Source: Tubiluchus corallicola
Lineage: Eukaryota; Animalia; Priapulida
Assembly (NCBI GenBank): GCA_030141605.1
Contig: JAQGDQ010000356.1
Coordinates: 179,308 to 243,307 of the forward strand
Length of the DNA: 64,000 bases
Reading direction: 5' to 3'
Part shown: in pieces, positions 1-13,776 of the stretch
How positions within the stretch are numbered: position 1 is the first letter of the stretch
How the letters are laid out: the number at the start of each line of letters is the position of its first letter
The notes under the pieces: generated by a model
Databases searched by the model: none
What the model was told of the DNA's origin: nothing
The model's input: only the letters and a program-made list of their open reading frames with translations
Made by a program: the position numbers and the translations under genes

Positions 1-153
1 TGCAGCTAATCATTTTGCTAATATAACATTTAGGAAGAATGAAAACTGTATTAGCCAATGTGATGACCATGGGAATACTTCGCTTGTGCAAAACCAACAA
101 CTTAATAGTCTCTTTATCATACTCAATGTCGATGTCCATAAAATCATACTTAC

Positions 154-226
154 TGGCCAATATTCTCGTTCAATGCCATTAGCCTATTCTGATCCAGTTT
201 TAGTATAGAAAGCTGCTTTAACATTC
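154..226 (-). CDS. scrib: Scribble coding exon 8 (LRR); gene continues beyond the left edge
   Basis: ctcttgcag acceptor; (G)MLKQLSILKLDQNRLMALNENIG; 73 nt; GTAAGT donor. Confidence 0.93.
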
Positions 227-298
227 CTGCAAGAGCAAAGCACTTCTAATTAAACTGACAAATAACATTAGACTTTAATGACTCAGTGTAATAAAATC

Positions 299-685
299 AG
301 CCTTTTCACACTTTCGTTGTGCGCACGCGCAGTTGCGGCAGGTCAAAGGTTAAGTGTACCACAGCAATGCGTCTTAACTACAACTGCCATGTGACATGTG
401 GGTAAAGCAAAGCCGTCTGCTACAACAGTTCAGTCACTTCAGTTCTTTTATGTGGACCTAACTTAACTATGCATTAGTCTGTGCATAGAGTGATTTACTA
501 GCAGGATCTTGCTTGGGAACAAGAAAAAATGAACTAGGTAAGATTCTAGCTAGCTTTTGAAACTGTTACTATTACAATAGCATGGATTGCGAGGTGTTGA
601 CAAGTGTACACAAATGCGTTGTCTGGTACACTTAACTTTTGACCCTTTTACGATCATCATCAATCACTGGAACTGTGAAAAAGCT
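299..685 (+). mobile_element. MITE family B (PIF/Harbinger-like), copy 1
   Basis: TIR AGCCTTTTCACA ... TGTGAAAAAGCT; internal inverted pair GGTCAAAGGTTAAGTGTACC / GGTACACTTAACTTTTGACC; TAA/TTA flanks in several copies. Confidence 0.7.
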
Positions 686-1182
686 TACTCACAAGTGCTT
701 GTGACTACTGGCGGAGCCATAACAAAGTAATACAAAACTTTACTTATTTATATTGCAAAGACAATTACAAACATAGCAATATAACAAACACACTATTTAC
801 AAAAATAACAAACTAGAAGCAAGGTAAACAAAAACAAATCAGCGGGTTGCAGTTGAATAAATAAAACGAAATAACAACAAAACGATATTTCCGATCTCTA
901 AAAGCAGTATTTTAAAACTACAACTTTACATTCTCCATTTTTCCTTTGCACGGTTTGAGCTACCAATAAAAATGAAAAATTCGAAGCTCATTGTCCGCTG
1001 CATCACCCCAAAACCCGAGTAAAAATAACAGAAGAGGCTGCAGCTGACAAAACACTGTGAAACGTGTAATCTGATTAGACAGGTGAAGCCACAAAATTAA
1101 GTACATTTATTTTACATGAAGCCAGGCTCCTAAGTGACAGTAATGTTATTATTATCACAGCAGAAGATGTAGTTGGATCTCT

Positions 1183-1617
1183 GCTGCATAAACACAACAA
1201 TGAATTTTAGACAATGCATCTATTGTCCAATGGCATTCAACAGCCACCCAGCAGGAAGTTCTTACGTGACCTTCGTACGAATATGTGACATTTGAACAGT
1301 CACGCGACCTTGGAAACAATCACGTGACAGCATAAACACAACAATGAATTTTAGACAATGCATCAATTGTCCAATAGCATTCAACAGCCACCCAGCAGAA
1401 AGTTCTTATGTGACCTTGGTACGAATATGTGACATTTGAACAGTCACGCGACCTTGGAAACAATCACGTGACTGCATAAACACAACAATGAATTTTAGAC
1501 AATGCATCAATTGTCCAATAGCATTCAACAGCCACCCAGCAGGAAGTTCTTGCGTGACCTTGGTACGAATATGTGACATCTGAACAGTCACGCGACCTTG
1601 GAAACAATCACGTGACT
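1183..1617. repeat. 144-bp tandem repeat, 3 copies
   Basis: gcataaacacaacaatgaattttagac...ggaaacaatcacgtgac, three near-identical units. Confidence 0.9.
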
Positions 1618-1761
1618 TTTGAACAATCAGTTGCATCAATTTATTGTAATACAAACAAGTGAACTTGAATTTGTAAAATACAACTGTTTAAGCATAATCA
1701 CGGTGTTATTGGCTCGTATGAGGCAAGAGGAATAACCATATAGTCATGACACATGCTTAGC

Positions 1762-1812
1762 AACCGAAGTTAAGCAACATCAAGGTTGGTCAGTAAATGA
1801 ATGAGCGACCAC
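1762..1812 (+). pseudogene. Degenerate 5S internal-control-region fragment
   Basis: ACCGAAGTTAAGCAACATCAAGGTTGGTCAGTAAATGAATGAGCGACC aligns to 5S box A to box C; a weaker echo at about 2065-2110. Confidence 0.5.
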
Positions 1813-2517
1813 TGAGTCTCAGTACTCACTCTGTACAGTTCAAATGTCATACTGTACTGGCTGTTTGTTTCGGTGAGAAAGAATACAAGTAAGACATCTA
1901 TGCTGGTTCAGTAGCTCACGAAAGTTTCGATAAAGAGCCAGGTTACGGGCCTGCCACCACCGTCCAACATAAGTACGCCCCTACCACCAAATACGTGACT
2001 TTCAACTTCAGTGTACGAAAACGTACAAAAAGTCTAACATCACTGGTCTACAATAATTACTGTCTAAAGTTAAGCAACACTGTTCACTCTATGTAACTGT
2101 ACAGGTGACCAATAGTAGGATCCACTTAATAAACTAAAACAGTAGGCAGGGAAGAAAAGAAAATGCACTCTAGGATTTCATAAAACGAAGAAACACTGCC
2201 TCCTGGGACTAGCCGAATAATCAGAGAAACGTAAAACCTTTAGAGCTGAGCCTGCTGTATGAAATATACGAGCTAATCTGATCAGACGAATGTGACATCA
2301 AAGATCCTAAACAACAATCCCGCAGATCAATAGTAACAATAAATGCCACCAGGGTGCATGCTAACGGTCGCTGGATTTTTGACGCCTTTGATTCTTGATT
2401 AATGAATGCATAATAAATAAGAGATTAAATGAGGCATTAAACACACGACCAGCTTTGGTGGAGTGTTGAATGTGAAGAAAGATTCAATTAACTGTATGCC
2501 AGTTACTGAAAAGTTAA

Positions 2518-3062
2518 AGGAAAAGTCAAGCATTCTAGGAGGTTAGGCTTATTTTAATGTTTGCAAAAAATGTCAGAAGGATTTAGTAATAAAACTGCAA
2601 TATGCGCCTCGTGTAATTAGTAAAATCACTAAAGTTACGATCACTTCATACTTGAGCGCTCCTATTCTCAATACCCAAACTCCCAGTGACGTCATTCGTC
2701 TTGAAAAAAAAAACAGCGCAGTGTCAGTCTTCATCAAAAGTACAATAAGTTTTTACAAAAAAATAGATAGTTAATTATGTTATATTCTTGCATGAACATT
2801 AGGTAAGCTGCAGAAGTTTGAATTAGTTTAAACATCACGCACTCACGGAAAGCCACGATGCGCTTACGAAAAGTCACGAAGTCTCCCAGTTACTTCATAA
2901 ATTTTAAGTGAATGGCAGCAACCACCACACCTGCAAATTTCTATTCAGAGGTAGTACATTTTAAATTTATGCTTTATAGGCAGTTCTTTGCAAATTTCTT
3001 TATTACATTTTTCTAAGTTTAAGTGAAATAAACCCAACATACTGAGTGACTTGATCTATCCT
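2518..3062 (+). mobile_element. Non-autonomous TTAA element, family A (Kolobok-type), copy 1
   Basis: TTAA|AGGAAAAGTCAAG ... CTTGATCTATCCT|TTAA; alignable to copies at 16263, 28969, 32589 and 44705. Confidence 0.8.
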
Positions 3063-3066
3063 TTAA

Positions 3067-3516
3067 AGATGCGATTCATTAGGGCAATCTATCTTCGAGG
3101 GAAAACGAAAATGGGTCCATTTGAGCTCGAGCTTACGTAAGAAATGACCATTTGACCTTCATTTAGAAACTTTAATAGGTTTCGAGTCCAGCGAAGCCAA
3201 AGTAATCTAACAAATCCTTTAGACTGGCAGAATGAGTGGAAATTTAATATGATGCTGCAGTCGGCTCTTCAAGGTATTGCAGATGATCATAACTCAATGC
3301 AGTAGCTTAAAAGTCATTGTCACTGTGTGTAGGAAGTACACGTGATGCAAAGCCTGCAAATCAATACACACCGTAAAGTTCATCGAGAAAGAATAGGTCG
3401 TTTTTTGATGAAAAACTCTTGGACTATAAGCAGAGTAATTAAGCTTCGAGCAAATGAGAAAATAGCTCTTCTTTAGAGACACATTGCTAGTGTACAAGTG
3501 CAGAAAATAAGCATCT
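3067..3516. mobile_element. Putative second TTAA element sharing a TTAA with family A copy 1
   Basis: TTAA|AGATGC ... GCATCT|TTAA; only a short TIR and a single copy in the window. Confidence 0.45.
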
Positions 3517-3639
3517 TTAACCAAAAACTTAAGCAGAATACCTAATGAACACATTCTCAATGGTTATTTCAAATTATCATTAGGCTCTGACGAAATGAAA
3601 TGATATGCACAAAAATGCACGTCACACGGTTTGAAATAC

Positions 3640-4005
3640 AATGAAATAGAACAGAATAAAATAGAATAGAACAGAACAGAACAGAATAAAATGCAACAGT
3701 ACACAACAAAAAAGAAGAGAACAGACTAAAACAGAACAGAACAGAACAAAAAAACAGAACAGAATAACACAGAATAGAGTAGAATAGAATAGAATAGAAT
3801 AGAATAGAATAGAATAGAATAGAATAGAATAGAATAGAATAGAATAGAATAGAATAGAATAGAATAGAATAGAATAGAATAGAATAGAACAGAATATTAC
3901 CAGAACAGAACAGAACAGAATCGAGAAGAACAGAGTAAAATAGAACAGAACAGAATAGAGCAGAATAAAACAAAAAAAGCAGAAGAGAGTAGAATAGAAC
4001 AGAAC
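3640..4005. repeat. (AGAAT)n/(AGAAC)n pentanucleotide microsatellite
   Basis: Pure run at 3781-3889 with degenerate flanks. Confidence 0.95.
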
Positions 4006-4342
4006 ACTGCCATACTTAGTTTTTTAAATGCAAAACATGAAATAATGAGGCACTCTTGAAATTATTCTTGAATTTTTTCTGCATTTAACACTAACAGTTA
4101 ATGATGAAAAAAATTCTTATTTTCCAAGAACCCCCCATGCCTTTCCAAGATTGTGAATGGGTGTGGATTTTAAGTGGAGTTCAAACTCCACTTCCTGTTA
4201 ATAAACTAGCACCTCTAACAGAAGCGTGCATGTTAAAAAAGATTTAAAAAAATGCACTAGATTTATGAGTTTTCGGTTTTGCAAGAAGAGATTAAAAACT
4301 AAAAATAACTTTCACTAGAATAGATAATAGTAAATGCAGTCA

Positions 4343-4495
<153 letters not shown>

Positions 4496-4604
4496 CTAAA
4501 CAAAAATACAGAAATTTAAACAACGTTCATGATTAGTGAAAATGATTGTTTCTTTATATAATTTTTCAATGCAAAACTTTAAAATATACTAAATCATTGT
4601 TTGC

Positions 4605-5350
4605 TGTAAAAATTCAAGATCATCTAACAAAAAGGTTACATATTTGAAAAATTCAAGATCGTCTAACAAAAAGGTTGCATATTTGAAAAATTCAAGATCA
4701 TCTAACAAAAAGGTTGCATATTTGAAAAATTCAACGTCATCTAACAAAAAGGTTGCATATTTGAAAAATTCAAGATCATCTAACAAAAAGGTTGCATATT
4801 TGAAAAATTCAAGATCATCTAACAAAAAGGTTGCACATTTGAAAAATTCAAGATCATCTAACAAAAAGGTTGCATATTTGAAAAATTCAACGTCATCTAA
4901 CAAAAAGGTTGCATATTTGAAAAATTCAAGATCATCTAACAAAAAGGTTGCATATTTGAAAAATTCAACGTCATCTAACAAAAAGGTTGCATATTTGAAA
5001 AATTCAAGATCATCTAACAAAAAGGTTGCATATTTGAAAAATTCAACGTCATCTAACAAAAAGGTTGCATATTTGAAAAATTCAAGATCATCTAACAAAA
5101 AGGTTGCATATTTGAAAAATTCAAGATCATCTAACAAAAAGGTTGCATATTTGAAAAATTCAAGATCATCTAACAAAAAGGTTGCATATTTGAAAAATTC
5201 AACGTCATCTAACAAAAAGGTTGCATATTTGAAAAATTCAAGATCATCTAACAAAAAGGTTGCATATTTGAAAAATTCAAGATCATCTAACAAAAAGGTT
5301 GCATATTTGAAAAATTCAACGTCATCTAACAAAAAGGTTGCATATTTAAA
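4605..5350. repeat. 39-bp minisatellite, about 19 copies
   Basis: Unit ttgaaaaattcaa(ga/cg)tcatctaacaaaaaggttgcatat. Confidence 0.95.
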
Positions 5351-5704
5351 AGAAAGATAGTTAAAATCTAGGCAAATGCGGAACAAAGAAAGGATTTGAC
5401 GTTTACCTGATAGTTCATAATCAAACAATAAATAGATTTGGCAACAATACCAAGCATCTTATAAGATATCAGTATACAGAATTATGTATACAGAATACTG
5501 ACAGCAGCCTTGAGAAAAAGCTTCGTCCTAATAATCTGGCTTCTTTACAAACACGACATGGCTTCCTTTCAGTTAAGTGAACAATGAATCTTATCAAGGA
5601 AACGTTAGATAGAATGTCAAACCGACACACAGCTGCAGAGAACAAGCAGAGAAAATTTCATATTGACACGATTAGTGAACAGCTAAGAAATAGAAACTTG
5701 TTCT

Positions 5705-5910
5705 GGGTTCGGTAGCTGAGTGGTTTAGATTTCGGACGCCAATCAAGCAGTCTTGAGTTCGACTCCAGCGGCTGCAAACGCCAGGATGCGTAAAGCCTAC
5801 GTGTTATTTGTCGTTTGTGTGTTGCGTCCTTACCTGTGTAAGTGTAAGTCGTCACTAAACAGCCGTTAGTGTTGTCTGTTAAGACGAGAAATAAATCTTG
5901 TCTTTGTCTT
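5705..5910 (+). mobile_element. tRNA-derived SINE-like element
   Basis: Box A GGTAGCTGAGTGGTTTAG, box B GAGTTCGACTCC, about 120-bp body, AATAAA and a (TCTTG)-like tail. Confidence 0.6.
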
Positions 5911-6004
5911 TTTATTTTTGTCTGTATAAAATGTAAAAGTATTTCAACATGCTAATCACCATAAAGCCCTTTCACACATTTCTATTAGATTTCCCTAAAT
6001 TGTA

Positions 6005-7958
6005 AAACTGACCAAAAGATGCTTATATGATTTGCCTAACTGACCAAAGGACGCTTATATGATTTGTCTAACTGACTAACTGACGCTTATGTGATTTATC
6101 TAACTGACCAAATGACGCTTATATGATTTGTCTAACTGACCAAAAGACGCTTATGTGATTTGTCTAACTGACCAAATGACGCTTATGTGATTTATCTAAC
6201 TGACCAAATGACGCTTATATGATTTGTCTAACTGACCAAAAGACGCTAATATGATTTGTCTAACTGACCAAATGACGCTTATATGATTTGTCTAACTGAC
6301 CAAAAGACGCTTATATGATTTGTCTAACTGACCAAAAGATGCTTATATGATTTGTCTAACTGACCGAAGGACGCTTATATGATTTGTCTAACTGACCAAA
6401 AGACGCTTATATGATTCGTCTAACTGATCAAATGGCGCTTATATGATTCGTCTAACTGATCAAATGGCGCTTATATGATTTGTCTAACTGACCAAAAGAT
6501 GCTTATATGATTTGTCTAACTGACCAAAAGATGCTTATATGATTTGTCTAACTGACCGAAGGACGCTTATATGATTCGTCTAACTGATCAAATGGCGCTT
6601 ATATGATTTGTCTAACTGACCAAAAGACGCTTATATGATTTGTCTAACTGACCAAATGGCGCTTATATGATTTGTCTAACTGACCAAATGACGCTTATAT
6701 GATTTGTCTAACTGATCAAAAGACGCTTATATGATTTGTCTAACTGACCAAAAGACGCTTATATGATTTGTTTAACTGACCAAATGACGCTTATATGATT
6801 CGTCTAACTGATCAAATGACGCTTATATGATTTGTTTAACTGACCAAATGGCGCTTATATGATTTGTCTAACTGACCAAAAGACGCTTATATGATTTGTC
6901 TAACTGACCAAATGGCGCTTATATGATTTGTCTAACTGACCGAAGGACGCTTATATGATTCGTCTAACTGACCGAAGGACGCTTATATGATTCGTCTAAC
7001 TGATCAAATGGCGAATATATGATTTGTCTAACTGACCAAAAGATGCTTATATGATTTGTCTAACTGACCAAAAGATGCTTATATGATTTGTCTAACTGAC
7101 CGAAGGACGCTTATATGATTCGTCTAACTGACCGAAGGACGCTTATATGATTCGTCTAACTGATCAAATGGCGCTTATATGATTTGTCTAACTGACCAAA
7201 AGACGCTTATATGATTTGTCTAACTGACCAAAAGATGCTTATATGATTTGTCTAACTGACCGAAGGACGCTTATATGATTCGTCTAACTGATCAAATGGC
7301 GCTTATATGATTTGTCTAACTGACCAAAAGACGCTTATATGATTTGTCTAACTGACCAAAAGATGCTTATATGATTTGTCTAACTGACCAAAAGACGCTT
7401 ATATGATTTGTCTAACTGACCGAAGGACGCTTATATGATTTGTCTAACTGACCAAAAGACGCTTATATGATTTGTCTAACTGACCAAATGGCGCTTATAT
7501 GATTTGTCTAACTGACCAAATGACGCTTATATGATTTGTCTAACTGACCAAAAGATGCTTATATGATTTGTCTAACTGACCAAAAGATGCTTATATGATT
7601 TGTCTAACTGACCAAATGGCGCTTATATGATTTGTCTAACTGACCAAATGGCGCTTATATGATTTGTCTAACTGACCAAATGGCGCTTATATGATTTGTC
7701 TAACTGACCAAAAGATGCTTATATGATTCGTCTAACTGATCAAATGGCGCTTATATGATTTGTCTAACTGACCAAAAGACGCTTATATGATTTGTCTAAC
7801 TGACCAAATGGCGCTTATATGATTTGTCTAACTGACCAAATGGCGCTTATATGATTTGTTTAACTGACCAAATGACGCTTATATGATTTGTCTAACTGAT
7901 CAAAAGACGCTTATATGATTTGTCTAACTGATCAAAAGACGCTTATATGATTTGTCTA
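6005..7958. repeat. 32-bp minisatellite, about 60 copies
   Basis: Unit aactgaccaaaagacgcttatatgatttgtct. Confidence 0.95.
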
Positions 7959-8202
7959 TAGAATCTGTTAGTAAGAAACCAGTAGGCACCATTCATTCAT
8001 TAAGCAGCAAGGTAGCTGAACTTCCATGCAAACAGTAAATTTCCCAGAGGGTTGGAGTGCATTATGATGCTATCAAACTACTGCACACGTATAACATGAT
8101 TAAAGTGACTTCATCAATAATACCTGCACGGCACTCATCGATAAGAAATCACAGGTAATGCTTGAGCAACTTTCCATTAAAGGTAATCAAGTCAAGTAGA
8201 GA

Positions 8203-10213
8203 ATGAGTGTTCAAACCGAGTTTAAGGATGTTCCATGATGCAATCTGAGTGTTCAAATCGAGTTTAAGGATGTTCCATGCTGCAATCTGAGTGTTCAAAC
8301 CGAGTTTAAGGATGTTCCATGCTGCAATCTGAGTGTTCAAACCGAGTTTAAGGATGTTCCATGCTGCAATCTGAGCGTTCAAACCGAGTTTAAGGATGTT
8401 CCATGCTGCAATCTGAGCGTTCAAACCGAGTTTAAGAATGTTCCATGCTGCAATCTGAGCGTTCAAACAGAGTTTAAGGATGTTCCATGCTGCAGTCTGA
8501 GCGTTCAAACCGAGTTTAAGGATGTTCCATGCTGCAGTCTGAGCGTTCAAACCGAGTTTAAGAATGTTCCATGCTGCAATCTGAGCGTTCAAACCGAGTT
8601 TAAGAATGTTCCATGCTGCAATCTGAGCGTTCAAACCAAGTTTAAGAATGTTCCATGCTGCAATCTGAGCGAGTTTAAGGATGTTCCATGATGCAATCTG
8701 AGCGTTCAAACCGAGTTTAAGGATGTTCCATGCTGCAACATGCGCGTTCAAACCGAGTTTAAGGATGTTCCATGCTGCAACATGAGCGTTCAAACCGAGT
8801 TTAAGGATGTTCCATGCTGCAATCTGGGCGTTCAAACCGAGTTTAAGAATGTTCCATGCTGCAATCTGAGCGTTCAAACCGAGTTTAAGGATGTTCCATG
8901 CTGCAATCTGAGCGTTCAAACCGAGTTTAAGGATGTTCCATGCTGCAATCTGAGCGTTCAAACCGAGTTTAAGGATGTTCCATGATGCAATCTGAGCGTT
9001 CAAACCGAGTTTAAGGATGTTCCATGCTGCAATCTGAGCGTTCAAACCGAGTTTAAGGATGTTCCATGCTGCAATCTGAGCGTTCAAACCGAGTTTAAGG
9101 ATGTTCCATGCTGCAATCTGAGCGTTCAAACCGAGTTTAAGGATGTTCCATGCTGCAATCTGAGCGTTCAAACCGAGTTTAAGGATGTTCCATGCTGTAG
9201 TCTGAGTGTTCAAACCGAGTTTAAGGATGTTCCATGCTACAATCTGAGCATTCAAACCGAGTTTAAGGATGTTCCATGATGCAATCTGAGCGTTCAAACC
9301 AAGTTTAAGGATGTTCCATGCTGCAATCTGAGCGTTCAAACCGAGTTTAAGGATATTCCATGCTGCAATCTGGGCGTTCAAACCGAGTTTAAGAATGTTC
9401 CATGCTGCAATCTGAGCGTTCAAACCGAGTTTAAGGATGTTCCATGATGCAATATGAGTGTTCAAACCGAGTTTAAGGATGTTCCATGCTGCAACATGCG
9501 CGTTCAAACCAAGTTTAAGGATGTTCCATGCTGCAATCTGGGCGTTCAAACCGAGTTTAAGAATGTTCCATGCTGCAATCTGAGCGTTCAAACCGAGTTT
9601 AAGGATGTTCCATGCTGCAATCTGAGCGTTCAAACCGAGTTTAAGGATGTTCCATGCTGCAATCTGAGCGTTCAAACCTAGTTTAAGGATGTTCCATGCT
9701 GCAACCTGAGCGTTCAAACCGAGGTTAAGAATGTTCCATGCTGCAATCTGGGCATTCAAACCGAGTTTAAGGATGTTCCATGCTGCAATCTGAGCGTTCA
9801 AGCCGAGTTTAAGGATGTTCCATGCTGTAGTCTGAGCGTTCAAACCGAGTTTAAGGATGTTCCATGCTACAATCTGAGCGTTCAAACAGAGTTTAAGGAT
9901 GTTCCATGCTGCAATCTGAGCGTTCAAACCGAGTTTAAGGATGTTCCACGCTGCAATCTGAGCATTCAAACCGAGTTTAAGGATGTTCCATGCTGCAATC
10001 TGAGCGTTCAAACCGAATTTAAGGATGTTCCATGCTGCAATCTGAGCGTTCAAACCGAGTTTAAGGATGTTCCATGCTGCAACATGAGCGTTCAAACCGA
10101 GTTTAAGGATGTTCCATGCTGCAATCTGAGTGTTCAAACTGAGTTTAAGGATGTTCCATGCTACAATCTGAGCGTTCAAGCCGAGTTTAAGGATGTTCCA
10201 TGCTGCAATCTGG
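8203..10213. repeat. 42-bp minisatellite, about 48 copies
   Basis: Unit gttcaaaccgagtttaaggatgttccatgctgcaatctgagc. Confidence 0.95.
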
Positions 10214-10249
10214 GAGTTGATAAAATCGTCTCCAAAGCACCACAGACTG

Positions 10250-12770
10250 AAGACACTCACAGAAACACTTGATCACAGACAGCAGGCCCTCGCAGAAACA
10301 CTTGACAACGGAAAGCAGACCTTCACAGAAACACTTGACAACAGAGAGCAGACCTTCACAGAAACACTTGACAACAGAGAGCAGACCTTCACAGAAACAC
10401 TTGACAACGGAGAGCAGACCCTCACAGAAACACTTGACAACAGAGAGCAGACCCTCACAGAAACACTTGACAACAGAGAGCAGACCCTCACAGAAACACT
10501 TGACAAAAGAGAACTGACCTTCACAGAAACACTTGACAACAGAGAGCAGACCCTCGCAGAAACACTTGACAACAGAGCACAGACCTTCACAGAAACACTT
10601 GACAACAGAGAGCAGACCCTCGCAGAAACACTTGACAACAGAGAGCAGACCTTCACAGAAACACTTGACAAAAGAGAGCAGACCTTCGCAGAAACACTTG
10701 ACAACAGAGAACAGACCCTCGCAGAAACACTTGACAACAGAGAGCAGACCTTCACAGAAACACTTGACAACAGAGAGCAGACCCTCACAGAAACACTTGA
10801 CAACAGAGAGCAGACCCTCACAGAAACACTTGACCACAGAGAGCAAACCCCAACAGAAACACTTGACAACAGAGAGCAGACCCTCGCAGAAACACTTGAC
10901 AACAGAGTGCAGACCCTCGCAGAAACACTTGACAACAGAGAGCAGACCTTCACAGAAACACTTGACAACAGAGAGCAGACCCTCACAGAAACACTTGACA
11001 CCAGAGAGCAGACCCTCACAGAAACACTTGACCACAGAGAGCAAACCCCAACAGAAACACTTGACAACAGAGAGCAGACCCTCGCAGAAACACTTGACAA
11101 CAGAGAGCAGACCTTCACAGAAACACTTGACAACAGAGAGCAGACCCTCGCAGAAACACTTGACAACAGAGAGCAGACCTTCACAGAAACACTTGACAAC
11201 AGAGAGCAGACCTCACAGAAACACTTGACCACAGAGAGCAAATCCCCACAGAAACACTTGACAACAGAGAGCAGACGCTCGCAGAAACACTTGACAACAG
11301 AGAGCAGACCCTCGCAGAAACACTTGACAACAGAGAGCAGACCTTCACAGAAACACTTGACAACAGAGAGCAGACCTCACAGAAACACTTGACAACAGAG
11401 AGCAGACCTTCACAGAAACACTTGACAACAGAGAGCAGACCCTCGCAGAAACACTTGACAACAGAGAGCACAGACCTTCACAGAAACACTTGACAACAGA
11501 GAGCAGACCCTCGCAGAAACACTTGACAACAGAGAGCAGACCTTCACAGAAACACTTGACAACAGAGAGCAGACCCTCACAGAAACACTTGACCACAGAG
11601 AGCAAATCCCCACAGAAACACTTGACAACAGAGAGCAGACCCTCGCAGAAACACTTGACAACAGAGAGCAGACCCTCCAGAAACACAAACAGACACGCCC
11701 TCACAGAAACACTTGACAACAGAGAGCAGACCTTCACAGAAACACTTGACAACAGAGAGCAGACCTTCACAGAAACACTTGACAACAGAGAGCAGACCCT
11801 CGCAGAAACACTTGACAACAGAGCACAGACCTTCACAGAAACACTTGACAACAGAGAGCAGACCCTCGCAGAAACACTTGACAACAGAGAGCAGACCTTC
11901 GCAGAAACACTTGACAACAGAGAGCAGACCCTCGCAGAAACACTTGATCACAGACAGCAGGCCCTCACAGAAACACTTGACAACAGAGAGCAGACCCTCG
12001 CAGAAACACTTGATAACAGAGAGCAGACGCTCGCAGAAACACTTGACAACAGAGAGCACAAACCTTCACAGAAACACTTGACAACAGAGAGCAGATCCTC
12101 ACAGAAACACTTGACTACAGAGAGCAAACCCCCACAGAAACACAGAGAGCAGACCCTCGCAGAAACACTTGACAACAGAGAGCAGACCCTCGCAGAAACA
12201 CTTGACAACAGAGAGCAGACCCTCGCAGAAACACTTGACAACAGAGAGCACAGACCTTCTCAGAAACACTTGCCAACAGAGAGCAGACCCTCGCAGAAAC
12301 ACTTGACAACAGAGAGCACAGACCTTCTCAGAAACACTTGACAACAGAGAGCAGACCCTCGCAGAAACACTTGACAACAGAGAGCACAGACCTTCTCAGA
12401 AACACTTGACAACAGAGAGCAGACCCTCGCAGAAACACTTGACAACAGAGAGCAGGCCTTCACAGAAACACTTGACAACAGAGAGCACAGACCTTCTCAG
12501 AAACACTTGACAACAGAGAGCAGATCCTCGCAGAAACACTTGACAACAGAGAGCACAGACCTTCACAGAAACACTTGACCACAGAAAGCAAACCCCCACA
12601 GAAACACTTGACAACAGAGAGCACAGACCTTCACAGAAACACTTGACAACAGACAGCAGACCCTCACAGAAACACTTGACAACAGAGAGCAGACCCTCAC
12701 AGAAACATTTGACAACACAGAGCACAGACCTTCACAAAAACACTTGACCACAGAAACATTTGACAAGCAG
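10250..12770. repeat. 33-bp minisatellite, about 75 copies
   Basis: Unit cagaaacacttgacaacagagagcagaccctca, with 32- and 35-bp variants. Confidence 0.95.
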
Positions 12771-13776
12771 AAGGAAGTGGTCTGAATCTAGCTTTCTGAG
12801 AGTACTAAGTACTGCTAATGTACTTTTCACTATTTCAAATCATGTCATGGTTTAATGAGTTACAATCAAAGTTTTTACATTATAGGAAAGGCATGCATTA
12901 CGTTTTTGTACCGTATCAGTACCTTGAAGTTACATCATTGAAATCAGTGTGTTAAAAAACTTGCAAAACTTTACTTGAATAAAATCACAAACTAGCTGAC
13001 AATGTTTATGAAGGTTAACTAAAGTGGTTTCTACACTGCTGGTTTACAGGGAACACCATAAGAAATCTTCCTACGTAAGAGAAGCCAGTTAACATGAACA
13101 ACATTTCACAAGAAGCCGGGTGGCTTTTGTCGGAACGTAATATTGCAGTCTAATCAAGAAAATACTGTTTGGTTTCCACGATTGAAATAACACGTACAGA
13201 CAACAAGCATATACAGTCTATTACTGAGAAACGAAATTCAATATCTAGAGAAAAAAGTCGAAAAAACAAAAACACCATCCTGTTTTCCTAGAGTGGTCAC
13301 CAGATGTCTCTTAATTCGCAATGTGAAAGTCAGTAAAGTGTTGTGGATTGTTTTCTTAAACATGCTATGGCTTCTTCAGATGTTATACTCATGAATCATT
13401 ATCTCCCACGCATTTTAGATGCCTTGCAACTTTCCTATTACCAAGAATGTGTTTATTAATATCCAAACAAAGCGTATACAAAAATCATGGCTATAAACCT
13501 ATCAATTCGCAACTTGAAATTGCTGTTTTTCATTATACACGTTTGCGCCTGTGGCGTAATGGATGAGGTAATATGAGCTCCAGAGATTGCAGATCGTTAA
13601 GACCCATTGCCATCTAAGTGAAAACCTTTCGGCCTCATGTAAAGAGATTACGACTAATCTTAGTATATTACATTCAAACAAAGTTTGATGAAACGTTTAA
13701 GCAAATTACAAGAAATAATAATAATAATTTATAGGAAGGAAAAGAACATTCAAACAGGTAATTCAGCAAGCATTAA

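Noticed and set aside
4589-12766. Long ORFs (238-703 aa) over the 39-, 42- and 33-bp arrays
   Set aside because: Translations of tandem repeats with unit lengths divisible by 3, open in several frames and on both strands, and lying in scrib intron 6
13545-13605. tRNA-Arg-like start GCGCCTGTGGCGTAATGGAT
   Set aside because: No anticodon arm or convincing box B
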